From the NCBI GenBank assembly GCA_030141605.1, contig JAQGDQ010000887.1:19571-83570 (forward strand): a stretch of 64,000 bases of DNA. The letters are read 5' to 3'. The DNA is from Tubiluchus corallicola. Taxonomy: Eukaryota > Animalia > Priapulida. Below, in pieces: positions 12,549 through 25,425 of the stretch (position 1 is the stretch's first letter; each line of letters opens with the position of its first letter). A program made the position numbers and the translations under genes. The notes beneath the pieces were generated by a model. That model had not been told where the DNA came from and did no database searches. It was given only the letters and a program-made list of their open reading frames with translations.

Positions 12549-13216
12549 ATAGATTGTTTACACGGATGAAAAGAAAACCGTAAGTTGGATCTGCCATTTA
12601 CCTTTTCGGCTCGACCTAGATTTATCTGATAAATTTACTTCTACAAGTCTAGTGGCTTCGCACCGTATAAACTGTAATGCTTACCGTCTATTTAACTGCA
12701 TGAGCAGAAAATGCTATGGTTTTAAAAGGCAAGTTCAAAAATTCAGATTTGTATTGGAATGAAGTGAAACGTACATGACTGTAGAAAAAGCGAAAATAGT
12801 AGCTGTCTAAATTACCGGAAGTGGAGACATTACAAATTGTGTTAAAAACTGGAAATGAACTGAATAGAAATTGTTGGAAAACAGGGCTGTTCCCGCTAAT
12901 AAATATTAATCACGGGCAAGTGAAAACAAATTGAAAGATACATCGGCACTTTCGCCTGTGAAGATTTTATATAGAAACATTGCAGAACACTGGAAAATAT
13001 ATGTGAAAAAGCTGAGGAAGTCACAGCAAAATACAACCGGTTAGACAGGCTGTTCCTGTACATCAAATCTGACCTAAAATGCGGAATAATTAAAAGACTG
13101 ATCCTATATGTAAATTAATTCCGCAAAAATATTCTTGAAAAAATCAAATGACATCCTGAAAACCAAATTTTGGGAAAAACGGAGAACGGAAAAATAGTTA
13201 AAAAATTCAAAAGATC

Positions 13217-16200
13217 ATGGCGGCAAAACTACGTCAAAGAATTGGACCACAAATTTCATTTTTGAAAAAGGCAGTTAACGAAGCCAATGAATTATTGGGT
13301 TGTGAATTACGAGGAACTGATGAAGACGGTCTCCTTCAGTTCAGACATAAAGCTACTGCTTTGCACAAACGTGTCAAACAGAACTTACAAAAAACTGAGG
13401 AATACGTTGAAAAATATGAACTGTACTTAGAAAAATCAGACGCTGTCACAGAAACAGATACTAATTATTATCAAAACACAATAATTGAAGGGGAGGAATA
13501 TTTTAGTCTCGCCGGTGCAAGTGATGATTGCTTAATTGAACTTGAAACATTTGTGACAGAAATAGATCAACGTATTGAAAGAATCCAAGCTGGCTTACTG
13601 AGTCCTATATTTGTAACTAAACCTGATGTGAAACCAGTCATTACAACAGTTGTTCCCAGCATACACTCTCCAACACAATTAGACGCANNNNNNNNNNNNN
13701 NNNNNNNNNNNNNNNNNNNNNNNNNNNNNNNNNNNNNNNNNNNNNNNNNNNNNNNNNNNNNNNNNNNNNNNNNNNNNNNNNNNNNNNNNNNNNNNNNNNN
13801 NNNNNNNNNNNNNNNNNNNNNNNNNNNNNNNNNNNNNNNNNNNNNNNNNNNNNNNNNNNNNNNNNNNNNNNNNNNNNNNNNNNNNNNNNNNNNNNNNNNN
13901 NNNNNNNNNNNNNNNNNNNNNNNNNNNNNNNNNNNNNNNNNNNNNNNNNNNNNNNNNNNNNNNNNNNNNNNNNNNNNNNNNNNNNNNNNNNNNNNNNNNN
14001 NNNNNNNNNNNNNNNNNNNNNNNNNNNNNNNNNNNNNNNNNNNNNNNNNNNNNNNNNNNNNNNNNNNNNNNNNNNNNNNNNNNNNNNNNNNNNNNNNNNN
14101 NNNNNNNNNNNNNNNNNNNNNNNNNNNNNNNNNNNNNNNNNNNNNNNNNNNATTAGTAAAGCAAATAGGATAACTCGACAGTTACAAACACAGGGTATTG
14201 ACATCTCTGGACATCCTCCTGCAGTGCAACATTTGATTTCAAAGTTACCAGCTTCTGTTCTGATAAAATTAGAGGAAAACAAAAGTTTAACAGAGTCATG
14301 GACGATGCCAGTGCTAACAGTTTGTTTGGAAAATTACTGTAAAGTAAGAGAACGTGTACAGTATACCCTTGACAAGGTCTGGATCAAACCAGAAGAGTTA
14401 CAATTCTGCAAGTGCAAACCCAACAAACCTACAATCAAAAAAGGGCAGAACATTTAGTAGCCTTTCTGAACCTATACGATCAATGTCAAGAAAGTCTCAA
14501 CGGTTTCCTTGTGTTTTTTGTAAAGCAACAGACCACTTTAATTCAAATTGCACGGCATGTCCAGGTATAGAAGAACGTCGTGACATATTGCGGAAAGAAG
14601 GCCGATGCTTCTTGTGCTTACAGGATAAACACATGTATCGCGTATGCCCGAAAAAAGAAACACAAAACTGCTATTTTTGCAAAGAAATGGGTAAGCACAA
14701 TCAAGCCATCTGTCCTAAAAAATTTGGGATTACACCAGTTAATAGAAACAACTCCTCAAACAACACAAGCAATTTTGCAGCAGCTAGCACACCTCCAGAG
14801 CCTGATTCGAGTATTACTAGTGGAGGAAACTCAGAATCCTTGCCAAAAACTGGTAACGAATACTCCATGGTAGCATCGGGGAAATACGTCATGTTCCTGA
14901 CTGCAATAGTGAAAGTAAAATCACCAGTTGGGGCCAAACCAAAAGCTGTGGTATGCAGATTAATTCTCGATACTGCTAGTTCACTAACATACATCTGCAA
15001 AAAATTGGCAGACGAATTGAAATTGCCAAATCTAGGCCAACAGTGTTTAGATGTTTGTACTTTTGGTGGTTCCTATAAGAAGTTACCCAGTTTTCTGTCA
15101 GAGTTAGACATAGTCTTGCTTGATGGTAAAACAAAACGAATAGCAGGGCATGTTGTTGACCAAACGACTGGAAATGTCAAAAGAGAACAGCTTTGCAATG
15201 AAGATTTAAAATTTTTGAAGAAAATGGAATTTGAGAAATTTGCAGACAAAATCCCAAGCTCGACAGAAAGTTTTGCTCCAGAAATCTTGGTTGGGATGGA
15301 TTATTATTTTGACTTCGTTCAGCAGGGAGCAGACAGAAAATTGCCATCTGGACTAAGTTTGATTAATTCAAACTTGGGTCTACTAATTGGTGGTCGTGTT
15401 GAAAGTGCAACAAGGAAACCACAAAGCCTTGCTGCCTGTTCATTTCTCACTAGTGCAACCACTTGTCCAAGTGAAAAACAGTTTAATGAGATAATGAAAC
15501 GAATCGAACCGCATCAAGAGACATGCCAGAAACCATGTGACTTCTGGTCTTTAGAGACGATTGGAATCACTGACGATCCTGCTTCTTCAATGAGTGATGA
15601 AATTTTAGCTGATTTTGGAGAGACACTTCAGTTCTATGAGAATAGATACTGGGTGAGATTCCCATGGAAAGACAAACAACCATCATTGCCAAACAATTTT
15701 GGATTAGCTATAGGAAGATTTCGTTCTCTCTGTCGCCGATTTGAATCTGATAGGAATTTGATGTTAAAGTGTACTGAAATTATTGAAGAACAAGAGAAGC
15801 GAGGAGTAACAGAAACTGTTACAGAAGACACAGAACTTGGTTTAGTAGAGCATTATTTGCCATATCATCCAGTTTTAACTCCTCAGAAAACTACAACAAA
15901 GGTTCGCTTGGTATACAATGCCTCAGCAAAGGCAAACAAACATTCCTCATCATTAAATGACTGTATACACCAAGGTCCTAATTTGCTGCCGGAACTAATA
16001 GGAATCTTATTGCGTCTGCGGCTCAGCCCCATTGCAATGTTAGCTGATGTCGAAAAAGCCTTTTTGAATATTGGGCTACAGACTATTGACAGAGATGCAA
16101 CTAGATTTCTCTGGTTGAAGAATCCAGAACTACCAAAAGCTGACCATAACTTCATTGTGAACCGGTTCTGCCGAATTCCTTTTGGCATAAATGCCAGTCC

Positions 16201-19100
16201 CTTTTTATTGGCAGCAGTCCTGAGGATCCATTTGTCAAAGTTTGGAACAACAACTGCAGAAGAGATAAAAGCCAATAACTATGTGGATAACGTTCATCTC
16301 TCTGCTACTACTGTGGATGAAGCATTCAGCAAGTATTTGGAAGCAAAGCAAATTTTTGACAGTGCTTCACTTAATCTCCGCGAATGGATAAGCAACAGTG
16401 AAGAGTTCCTAAATAGAATACCTGATGTAGATAGAGCAAAAGAAACTGAGTTTAAAGTACTAGGCATTACTTGGCTCGTGAAGTCAGACCATTTGCTGAT
16501 TAATATGCCTACAGGTTTTACCACATCTGAGCATTTGACAAAGCGGAATGTGCTGAAAATGGTTGCTTCGGTATTCGATCCTCTGGGATGGTGGAGTCCA
16601 GCAATTGTGAATGCTAAACTGCTGTTCCAAGATTTGTGGAAAGAAAACTTGTTGTGGGATGATTCTGTTCCCAAACAGTACGAAAAAAGATGGAAAGAAA
16701 TAGTCGATTCGGTTAAACCAATCGATAATGTTTTGATACCACGAAGAATCACCATGGCTGACCAATCTGCATCCTACAATTTGGTAACATTTACTGATGC
16801 ATCTTCAACTTGCTATGGAGCATGTGTCTACTTGGTTGAGTCATCACCTACAACCATGAATAGCTCCTTGATCTTCGCAAAAGTGCGTCTAAGGCCTGTG
16901 AATTCGAAGAAAAAGGGCAAAGAACTTACAATACCAAGATTAGAACTAATGGGAGTTCTCATAGGTATTCGAGCAATGACCTTTGCGGAAAACCAACTCA
17001 AACTTCCTGTGAGTGGTAAAACACTATACTGTGATTCACAAGTTGTCCTACAGTGGATTGGTTCAAAAAGGCAACTGGAACCTTTTGTACAAAATAAGGG
17101 TTCAGGAAATTCAAAAGGCTGAAGCTGTGACATTCAAATATGTCCCCACCAAGCAAAATCCAGCAGATATACTGAGCAGAGGAACATCTGCAGAGAATTT
17201 GATGTCAAATGATGTCTGGTGGAGTGGACCGCCCTGGCTATTTGAGCCTGTGGAAAAATGGCCAGATTTTATAGTGCCGACTGAAAACCCAGAGCATGAT
17301 AGAAAACCCGAATCCACAATGATGTTGACTAGTGACAATGTAAAACTACTGAACTGTGAAACGTTGCCACTTGAAATGTGTGACACTCGATTTTCATCAT
17401 TTCAGAAAGTACTTCGCGTGACTGTAGTTTGTCTCAAGTTTGTTAAAAGGATTCTCAATACTCGAACAAATAGAGGATTGAAATTTACAAATGAAAACAC
17501 TGGGGACAGTGTAAGAATAATTTCCGATCATTCAGAAATAAATGGAGAAGAAACTCGTTATGCAGAACATTTGTGGTTAAAAAGATTGCAGGCACAGTAC
17601 TACAACAATGAAAAATTTGCAATTCTTGAGGGAAGAAAAACCACTCTTCAACAACAACTAGGTCTTTTTATGGATTCATCTGGATTAATTCGATGTGGTG
17701 GCAGATTTTACCAGTCACACACTGAAGAGAGCGCTTATCCAGTGTTGCTTCCTAGAAAACATTGGATTACTAGCTTGTTTATAAAGGACGTCCATGAAGC
17801 AGTATTACATGGACGTACAAACCATACGCTCTCTGAACTCAGACGTAGATATTGGATACCCAAAGGACGTGTTGAAATAAACCAAGTATTAAAGGACTGC
17901 ATGATTTGCAAAAAACATTCTGGCAGACCATTCTCTCGTCCAGCGTTTCCCCCTTTTCCAGAAGAAAAGCTGGCAAGAGCTTTGCCATTTAGCATAATTG
18001 GACTGGACTATTTTGGACCAGTTTTCTTGAAGAACGACACAAATAAGAAGGCATGGTGTGTACTAATAACATGCTTGCTCTGTCGAGCAGTTCATCTTGA
18101 ACTAGTTTTAGATATGACAACTGTGTCTTTTCTAGATGCTTTTCGGAGATTTGTTTCCCGGCGAATCCTGCCTGAGAAAATATTTTCGGACAATGCAAAA
18201 CAATTTCATACTGCTGACAATTATCTGAAATTTCTATGGAAAAATCTGGCTGATGATAAAGAAGTAAATCAGTACTTGAGCTTGCATAGAATAGAATGGA
18301 TATTTGTGCCCGAACTCAGTCCATGGCAAGCAGGGTTTTATGAAAGAATGGTAGCCACAGTCAAATCTGCCTTAAAGAAATCCCTTGGACGAAAATTACT
18401 AATGGCACAACAAATGGAAACCACACTTTGCGAAATAGAAGCCTTGGTAAATACCAGACCACTAACTTATGTGTCAAATGATCCTGCAGATTGGCAACCA
18501 CTTAGACCAGTAGATTTCTTGAATCCTGGATTTTCAGGAATTTTGCCTGATCCACCATTAAAGCCAAAAGATGATCCAGATTTTATCTTAGAAAGATTAT
18601 CAACGAGTGAAAATTTGTGCAAAATCAGAGAAAAGCAAAATCAAATTTTGACGGATTACTGGAACCGATGGTCACATGAATACCCACAGTCGTTGCGAGA
18701 ACGTTTCAATGTTCATCATAAATCAGGAAAAGGTGATATTAAACGGCAGCCAACAGTTGGAGAAGTTGTCCTCATCGAAATGGAAAACACCCCACGTGGA
18801 AATTGGAAACTCGGAGGAGTAATTCAGCATACATACAGCTGAGATGGCAAAGTGAGATCAGTTAAAATACAGTTACCATCAAAGAAAGAAGTAAACCGAC
18901 CTGTCAATCTACTAATTCCTCTGGAAAGTTACAGCGAGGAAACCAAGAGCTCATCAGTCGAATCAGAAACCATGGAACAAACGGAAAGTCAGCAAAGTAT
19001 CCTAACTAGTTTGCCAAGAGCATCGAGGAAGGAAGCCGGAAGACGAATCCAGAAACTAGTTAAGGAAAATCTGCTGCTTAACATTGTATCTTACAAATAA
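13217..19100 (+). pseudogene. BEL/Pao gag-pol polyprotein (gag coiled-coil, 3 CCHC-type knuckles, protease, RT, RNase H, integrase), disrupted
   Basis: Knuckles CVFC..H....C, CFLC....H....C and CYFC.....H....C; protease LDTAS; RT YVDN; RNase H FTDAS; integrase HHCC, GLDYFGP, SDNA, ERMV. Lesions: N gap at 13688-14151, frameshift near 14365, +1 A near 17096 (FVQN-RV), and in-frame TGA at 18840-18842 before DGKVRSV. Confidence 0.92.
13688..14151. other. Assembly gap (N run) inside BEL gag
   Basis: 464 N. The gag frame differs on either side, so the gap length is probably an estimate. Confidence 0.99.
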
Positions 19101-19363
19101 CATTTTTGTTTTGATCTGATATAATTTCAGTTTGATTTAATGTCAAGCTTTGCCACACCAGTAACAGATTTGCATCATTAAAGTAATGTGTAATGTAAAA
19201 GTAATTTTTCAAGCTGGAATGTTTCATGTTTTAAAATTTAAAGGAAAAGACCATACATTTTTGTTGTTTTGTCAATACCATTGCTATTTAACAGTAACTT
19301 ATAACATATTTTAAGTGAATGGAATGGAGAACCTTGTTTTTTTACATCTTCCTCCTCCCCGAG

Positions 19364-19661
19364 TGTTGTGAACTTGAATAAGTCCACAAGTCTCTAGTAA
19401 TATTAATGTCTTCAAACCAAATAATTGGCACTACTTTTTCCCAAGTTTTGACTGGTGGAAGAATACTTGTTTGAGTAAAACTTTTTTCAGACCAGTTTTG
19501 AGTCAGGTGTGGCTTTAACTCTAGGAAAAACGGTTGTGTTACTGATTCTATAAAAACATATGAAATTAAAATTTATAGAAATTTAACTTTGAGTTAAGGT
19601 GTTTTGTGATTTAGTTTTAAACTAGTATACTGAAATTCCGTGAAAAGAGAAATTCACGACA
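19364..19661 (+). repeat. 3' LTR of BEL/Pao element (298 bp)
   Basis: Near-identical copy of 12234-12532, followed by the TSD AGCCC. Confidence 0.95.
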
Positions 19662-20581
19662 AGCCCAGCGCTGCATTTTTCCAATTTTGAATGGTGTATT
19701 ATAACACACAATGATCGCTGAATGAACTTTCCACAATGTCCAAAGGCAAATTGTCCGGAAATTCTAATATACCGATCCTGGCTACTTCTGCAATAAAGGT
19801 TCCACCTCGTGTGGTAATACATACAACTTTCATAAGCTGACACAACGGCAATAATGTGTTCTCAAAATTAGGTTTTCTACAGGTTGCTGTTTAATAACCG
19901 TCGCTTTCCATTTTGTTCTCCACCTGCTGAATGCCTACAAAACAAGTTCAGGCTGATTTCATCAATCCAAATTCTGGTGGAGGAATTTATTCTAGTGTAT
20001 TCTTGTAAAGTTTCATCTCGCCTTAGGTTTTTTCGAAAATGATGTTTTCGTTGCCAACTTGAATTAAAAGTGGTGGATCGAAAATCCGACTCCTTCAATT
20101 GATGTGGAATTCATTCTAGTCTAATCACGTGCAGTTTCGTGACGATCGTATGACTTTTCTTTAAAACGACCAGTCTTTTTTCTAAATAATATTTGCATCG
20201 TTCATTTCGATATATTTACTCGAAAACTGGTTTGTGATTTTTCAGTCAGCAGCCTTATTATTAGTGTGGAATTTGTTTCTATTTCCGAAAAATTTATTTA
20301 GTCTTGTGTGCTGCTTCCCTTTTTTATGTAGATGCTCCGCATTTCTGATCCAAATGTATGCTGTCTTTTTATTAACATTATTTTTACTGTCTTGCTAGGT
20401 ATCTCCAGTTTTCTTCATTTGCACACTTACAATTACAATTCTTTTTCAGCCATTCCTAGATATTCGTGAGCAACTACGACGATTAGACATGATGATTAAT
20501 AACAAATAAATGGGTGTAAAAGCACTTGTAGAATGCCAAAAAATAATTACCTCAGTCATTGTGTACTATGAAGGAAGTTCT

Positions 20582-20685
20582 AAAACTGACTTGGGAAAAT
20601 TTGAAACTGACTTGAGCAAATCTGAAATCGACTGAATCAATCTGAAATTGACATGGACATTTCTGAAATAGATGTGGTAAAGGTA
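20582..20685. repeat. Degenerate ~21-bp tandem repeat, probably subterminal repeats of the Tc1-like element
   Basis: AAAACTGACTTGGGAAAATTT / GAAACTGACTTGAGCAAATCT / GAAATCGACTGAATCAATCT / GAAATTGACATGGACATTTCT / GAAATAGATGTGG..., just upstream of the transposase ATG. Confidence 0.6.
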
Positions 20686-20922
20686 TAAGAAGGTGTAGAA
20701 CGAATTCTGCATTAATTGACGGAATCACATTTTCAACATTGACGCTATTTGTAATCCACAACCTTGATGCGACAACAGTTCAAGTCAAACTTGTTTATAC
20801 AGTAATATCTTGCACGCCCAAACAGAATTTGTATTGTTAGGCGCACCGATTTAGTGTCCATAGTAATTGAGAATCAGCACGACGGGCAATTGAAAAGATG
20901 CGTAATATCACGGTTTACTCAC

Positions 20923-20960
20923 CTTTTTACTTAAAACTATGCACTACCATGCCGCATATA
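20923..20960 (-). other. Putative non-coding first exon of microprotein paralog 1 (5' boundary approximate)
   Basis: Donor AAAAAG|gtgagt at 20922. 20857-20930 is homologous to 29551-29630, the first-exon/intron junction of paralog 2. Confidence 0.6.
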
Positions 20961-21052
20961 AGACGTGCTAGTATTGCTTGTCTCATATGAAAACTTAGTC
21001 AATAATGAAATTTAAAATCTTAATAAAGGGATGACTTAAGAAGCTGAGCTGA

Positions 21053-21060
21053 TGACGTCA
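21053..21060. promoter_or_regulatory. Perfect CRE (TGACGTCA) upstream of the putative first exon of paralog 1
   Basis: Palindromic CREB/ATF consensus ~130 bp upstream of the exon-1 donor. Function is not shown. Confidence 0.35.
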
Positions 21061-21931
21061 CGTTCATAACAACAATAATATTATATCAGGAAATCAGTCT
21101 GAAAGTCTGAACAAATGTGATAAAGAGAGCTTGAACGTGTTTAGCACAATTTAAAGCTTTTACAGTTTGCATTTTTAGATATCATTAACAAAAATTAAGC
21201 TACAATCGTTACTTTATTATAATATTGTAAGGCTTAGTGGGAGTTTTCACATCTGCGAAAATAGATGTGGAATTAACTGGAAAAAACTTTGCCAGGGAGC
21301 AAAAAAGATGGCAATTTTTTTCATTGTTAATCCTTGTTAGCCTTGTGGGCTTCGTATGACTTTCATCGTAACAAACTCTCTTAGTTTTAACTGAGTATCT
21401 TATATCTTAACTTTAATTATAGTTATTAGTTATTGTATAATATTAGTTATTGAATTAGGTTTCTGTTATTTAATTTAAATAAGCTTGAATAATTACTAGC
21501 CAACCGGTTTAATTCAAGTTTTTTTTTAATTTGCACTTTTGATTCCAGGTTACTTCGTGTTGAATTTTGTCAAGTTCTATTATTACCTGTGTTTTGTAAC
21601 TTGCTTCTGAGTAGGTATTGTACCTAGATTTTATACTACGTGTGTTACACATACAAATGTCATAACAACTACAACGTTATAGCAACGCAAACCTAAAGTC
21701 AGATGTCATAAAGCTGCAACGGCAAACGCTGTAACGTGAAGACGAAAAGCGCAACAATTTTTTTCTACTACACATTGTAAGCAATTTCATCTGCCGTACT
21801 GAAACACGGATTCACCGCGGTATGGATGAAAGGGAGTTAGTTATTTATCGATGCGTTTCAACAACATCAGCGTCTCGATCGCTGGGGTCAGGTGAGTGGA
21901 GAATTTTCTGTTTGTGTCACTAAGCAGCTTC

Positions 21932-24900
21932 TGTAAAGGCAATTAGTAGAACGGAGCTGATTTGTGCAAGGAGGAGACCTCGTGCAAAATGGCGTAATTT
22001 TATAACAAAGCAATTTCGTGACAAGATCCAATTTATGTCTTGGTTGCTTGCAAACAGTTGTCTTTTGTCTTTTTTTTAATAAAGAACCATAACAAACAGC
22101 GGTGGGATATCAGGGATCCAAGCTCAGGAATCAAGGATAAAATGTTATTATAGTGTTTTAACAGCAATTTGAAAGCAGTAGTGAAACAGCGACGATAGCA
22201 AGCATGGTTATAACTGGACCAGGTTGGTGGTAATGTAGCTGGAGTCCCAGCAGCTCCTGTAGCGTCATTACCGGTAGTACAGGCACCGAGCTTCGATGGC
22301 AGTTCAGACTTTGATAAATTTATTAAGAGATTTGAACGAGTAGCAATCGCGAATAACTGGGATAATACTAAGAAATTCCAAGTTTTGCCAGCCTTGCTGC
22401 ATGGTAAAGCAGAGAATGCATTAGATACCCTACCTGATGCAGCTAATGATTATGAACAGTTGAAAGCGCACTTAAAGTGTATTTTTCGCCCTGAGCAAGC
22501 ACAATGATTGTATCTTACCCAGTTTAATCAGCAAACTCTGAAGCGAGATGAGTCACCATTCGCATATTGCAAGCGATCTTAAGAAACTATTTCAGGCGGC
22601 TAATCCTGAAATAACTGATGCTAATGTGATTGACCGTTTTTGTGTACGACGTTTCATAGAGGGTCTTAAACCAGAACAGCGCACAAAGTTTTATGAAGCT
22701 GACATTCATACACTCGAAGCAGCTATTAAGAAATTAAATAGTGTTCTAATTACGAGAGATGTAGTTAGTAAGCAAGAAAATAGTGTTGAACGGAGACAGC
22801 AGCCTACAGCAAGACGTCAGTTTAATAAGAGTGCTCATCACGAAAAGCCACTTCAGTCTAGTATAGTTTGCAAGTACTGCAAAAAGCCAGGGCATACACC
22901 AGAAGCTTGCGTGAAATGTTTCAAGTCTGGATTGAGGGGTCATCTAGCACGAAAATGTTATACCTCATGTAATGCATGTAAACAAAAGGGGCACATAGCT
23001 CGCAACTGTACTTTAGCTAAATCTCCAACAGCCGTGAAATGTGATACAACTTTAAGCAGACGAATTACTGGTGAAGATGATAGCTTGGGTGTGAAACTGG
23101 CTCTGGGTCAGAGAGAAATATTAGCTATATTAGATGGAGGTTCAACGCGTTCTTTGATCAGTTAAAAGCTGTACAACAAGCTGGAATTAGTTTTGTGCCT
23201 ACTTCCGTAAATGTGGTAGCGGCTGATCAAAGCATTAGTTTGAAAGTGCATGGCACTACTGTTATTACAATTCCTGTGTCTGATACAAGGAATGTCAAGC
23301 TTCAGTTCATTGTAGCAGATTGCGATGATGCTATGATTTTAGGTATTGATTTCTTACGAGCAGCTAATGTTGTCATTGACCATGGGCGTGGTGCTGTAAC
23401 TGTAGAAGGAGCACCTGTGACAGCATATCGAAACGGAGTACCAGTGCCCATTGTCACTTGCCGAGAAAATGTTGTTTTGCCACCAGCGTCTGAGACCATG
23501 ATCCTGGCAAAAAGTAGTCGACCGTTTGTAACTCGTCGTACAATGTTTCTAGAACCAGCAGTTGTGGGAATTCCAGGTTTGGCTTTAGCTCGAGCCTGTG
23601 TTAATCCTGATTCAGAGAATATTCCAGTACGATTGATGAATTTCACAAAACACCCTGTTGTGTTGCAGTCGGCTTCCGTGCTGGGAAGATTGCAGTCTGG
23701 TGATTGGGAGCCTCTTGCTAATGCTGTTACTGTTGAGTCTATGAAGGAAAATAAAGCTTCAGTAGAGGAAGCAGGTGATTTGAAGCAAATCAAGGAGATT
23801 GATTTATCCAATCTAAATAAAAGGCAGAAGCAGAAATTGCAAGATCTGTTGATCGAGTACAAAGATATCTTCTCCTTGCATGGTGAGCTAGGACGAGTGC
23901 ATAGTGTTGAGCATGCAATTAAGGTAACAGGACCACCTATAAAGCAAAAGCCATATCGCGTGCCAGTTCATTTAAAACAGGAAGTCGATGAACAGCTTAA
24001 GGAGATGCTAGAGCAGCAGGTGATAAAAGAAACCGAGTCACCATGGGCAAGTCCGATAGTCCTTGTCCGTAAGCATCATGATGGAAAATATAGATTCTGC
24101 GTAGATTACAGACGTTTGAATGCTGTTACACATAAAAGTTCGTTTCCACTTCCAGGGATGGATCAGCTACTCAATAGTGTAGGAAACGCAGCTTGGTTTA
24201 CAACACTGGACCAGAAAGCAGGTTACTGGCAGATTCCTTTAGAACTGGATGCCAAAGAGAAAACAGCTTTTGTAACAGAATAGCCGTATGAGGTTGAGCA
24301 AAGTCTAGAGGCTTAATAGTAGTTGGTGATAAAGTTATGCTGAAAGTATTTGCTGTAAAGCGTGATAGAAAAAAGAAATTAGCTAAACGGTATGAAGGGC
24401 CGTATAAAGTTGTTAAAAATTTAGCACCTGATTATGTAATTCAGTCAGCAAATGGTAAGCCATAATAGTTCATGGAAATCATTTAAAACTGTGTAATGTA
24501 AATGTTGATAAAGCTAATGATGTAATTCAGCTTGAATCAAGTTCGGGAGGTGCAGAACCAGCTGATGCATGTGCCGATAAAAATGTATGTGTAGATGTAG
24601 ATCACATGTGGCAACTTCCTGATGTTAGAAATGACAATCATAATGTTGTTAATGATGTAATCCATGATGTGATTGTTGATGATGATGATGTTGCAAATGA
24701 TTCAGACGTAGATGATTTAGTTGAGTCCGATGAAGAAAGTAGTGACAGCAGTGATTCTGAATTTAATTTGATGTTGAGTTAGGACTCTCGTCTTATGTGC
24801 CAGCTTATTATACTCGTTCAGGGAGAAAGTCAGTTCCTCCTAAGATTTTTGATGTTTAGATTGTTTAGATTACATTTGGCATTATAGTTAAAAGTTTCAT

Positions 24901-25425
24901 GCCTTAATTTTTGAAAAATTTGTATGTTTAGATGGCTTATATACTTTCATCAGAGTTGTACTGCAAGAGGGTTTTGCAATGCAAATGTGAAACACTAGAT
25001 CTTAGAGTTTAGTACATAATATAGTGTTAGCTATGCTTATGTATTTAGTATTGGTTGACAAGGTTAATTAAGAGCATATTGGCAGCAGTATGTAATAGTG
25101 TGGATGGAGCTTTGTTAATAACCTTGTTATAGTTTCAAAATTTGTGCAATTGCAAGTTGCTTCTTAGTTTGTTTGAGGCAGTTAGAATGGTAACTGTAGC
25201 ATTGAGTAATTGTGCTTAACTTGTACAAATTGCCTTTTTAAGGTTTTTATAAGTTCGGGAGAATATAAAGGCAATTAGTAGAACGGAGCTGATTTGTGCA
25301 ATGAGGAGACCTCGTGCAAAATGGCGTAATTTTATAACAAAGCAATTTCGTGACAAGATCCAATTTATGTCTTGGTTGCTTGCAAACAGTTGTCTTTTGT
25401 CTTTTTTTAATAAAGAACCATAACA
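21932..25425 (+). mobile_element. Ty3/Gypsy LTR retrotransposon with large internal pol deletion (non-autonomous, 3.5 kb)
   Basis: LTRs at 21932-22094 and 25264-25425 (2 substitutions + 1 indel), 4-bp TSD CTTC (21928-21931, 25426-25429), short purine tract GGGAGAA before the 3' LTR. Confidence 0.93.
22204..24495 (+). pseudogene. Gypsy gag-protease-partial RT joined directly to the post-integrase GPY/F tail
   Basis: Gag PSFDGSSDFDKFIKRFERVAIANNW with three CX2CX4HX4C-type knuckles (one degenerate); protease LDGGSTRSLIS; RT PIKQKPYRVP, ESPWASPIVLV, RFCVDYRRLN, LDQKAGYWQIP, KTAFVTE*; then VGDKVMLK...KLAKRYEGPYKV. No YxDD, RNase H or integrase core. Confidence 0.88.

Larger units (their letters stand above)
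12234..19661 (+). mobile_element. BEL/Pao LTR retrotransposon, full length (~7.4 kb), recent but disabled
   Basis: LTRs at 12234-12532 and 19364-19661 (TG...CA), 5-bp TSD AGCCC (12229-12233, 19662-19666), PBS TGGAGGCACC, and gag-pol with domain order PR-RT-RH-IN and BEL-type motifs. Confidence 0.96.
11938..20490 (-). mobile_element. Decayed Tc1/mariner-IS630 (DDE) transposase pseudogene, split by the BEL/Pao insertion (pieces 20490-19667 and 12233-11938)
   Basis: Minus-strand remnants: an HTH-like N-terminus (MSNRR...KKTAYIWIRN), WIDEISLNLFCR (first Asp), and on the other side of the insertion RLASYSPMLNPTEKKWSKL (YSPxLNPIE motif) and ...CQHVQDFFQPALNLEDMHMGK*. About 1.1 kb of coding remains once the insert is removed, with many stops and frameshifts. 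TIRs were not identified. Confidence 0.72.

Noticed and set aside
14580-18198. Numerous alternate-frame and antisense ORFs within the BEL pol (and 23302-23862 in the Gypsy element)
   Set aside because: These are shadow ORFs of long retroelement frames with no recognisable motifs. No env-like ORF was seen between pol and the 3' LTR.
18840-18842. Programmed readthrough or frameshifting in BEL gag-pol
   Set aside because: The TGA falls inside the conserved xDGxVRSV motif (plausibly CGA>TGA), and the shift near 17096 splits FVxNRV. Both look like mutations or sequencing errors rather than recoding signals.
20582-20685. CRISPR-like array
   Set aside because: The context is eukaryotic, and these are degenerate head-to-tail 21-mers without unique spacers or cas genes.
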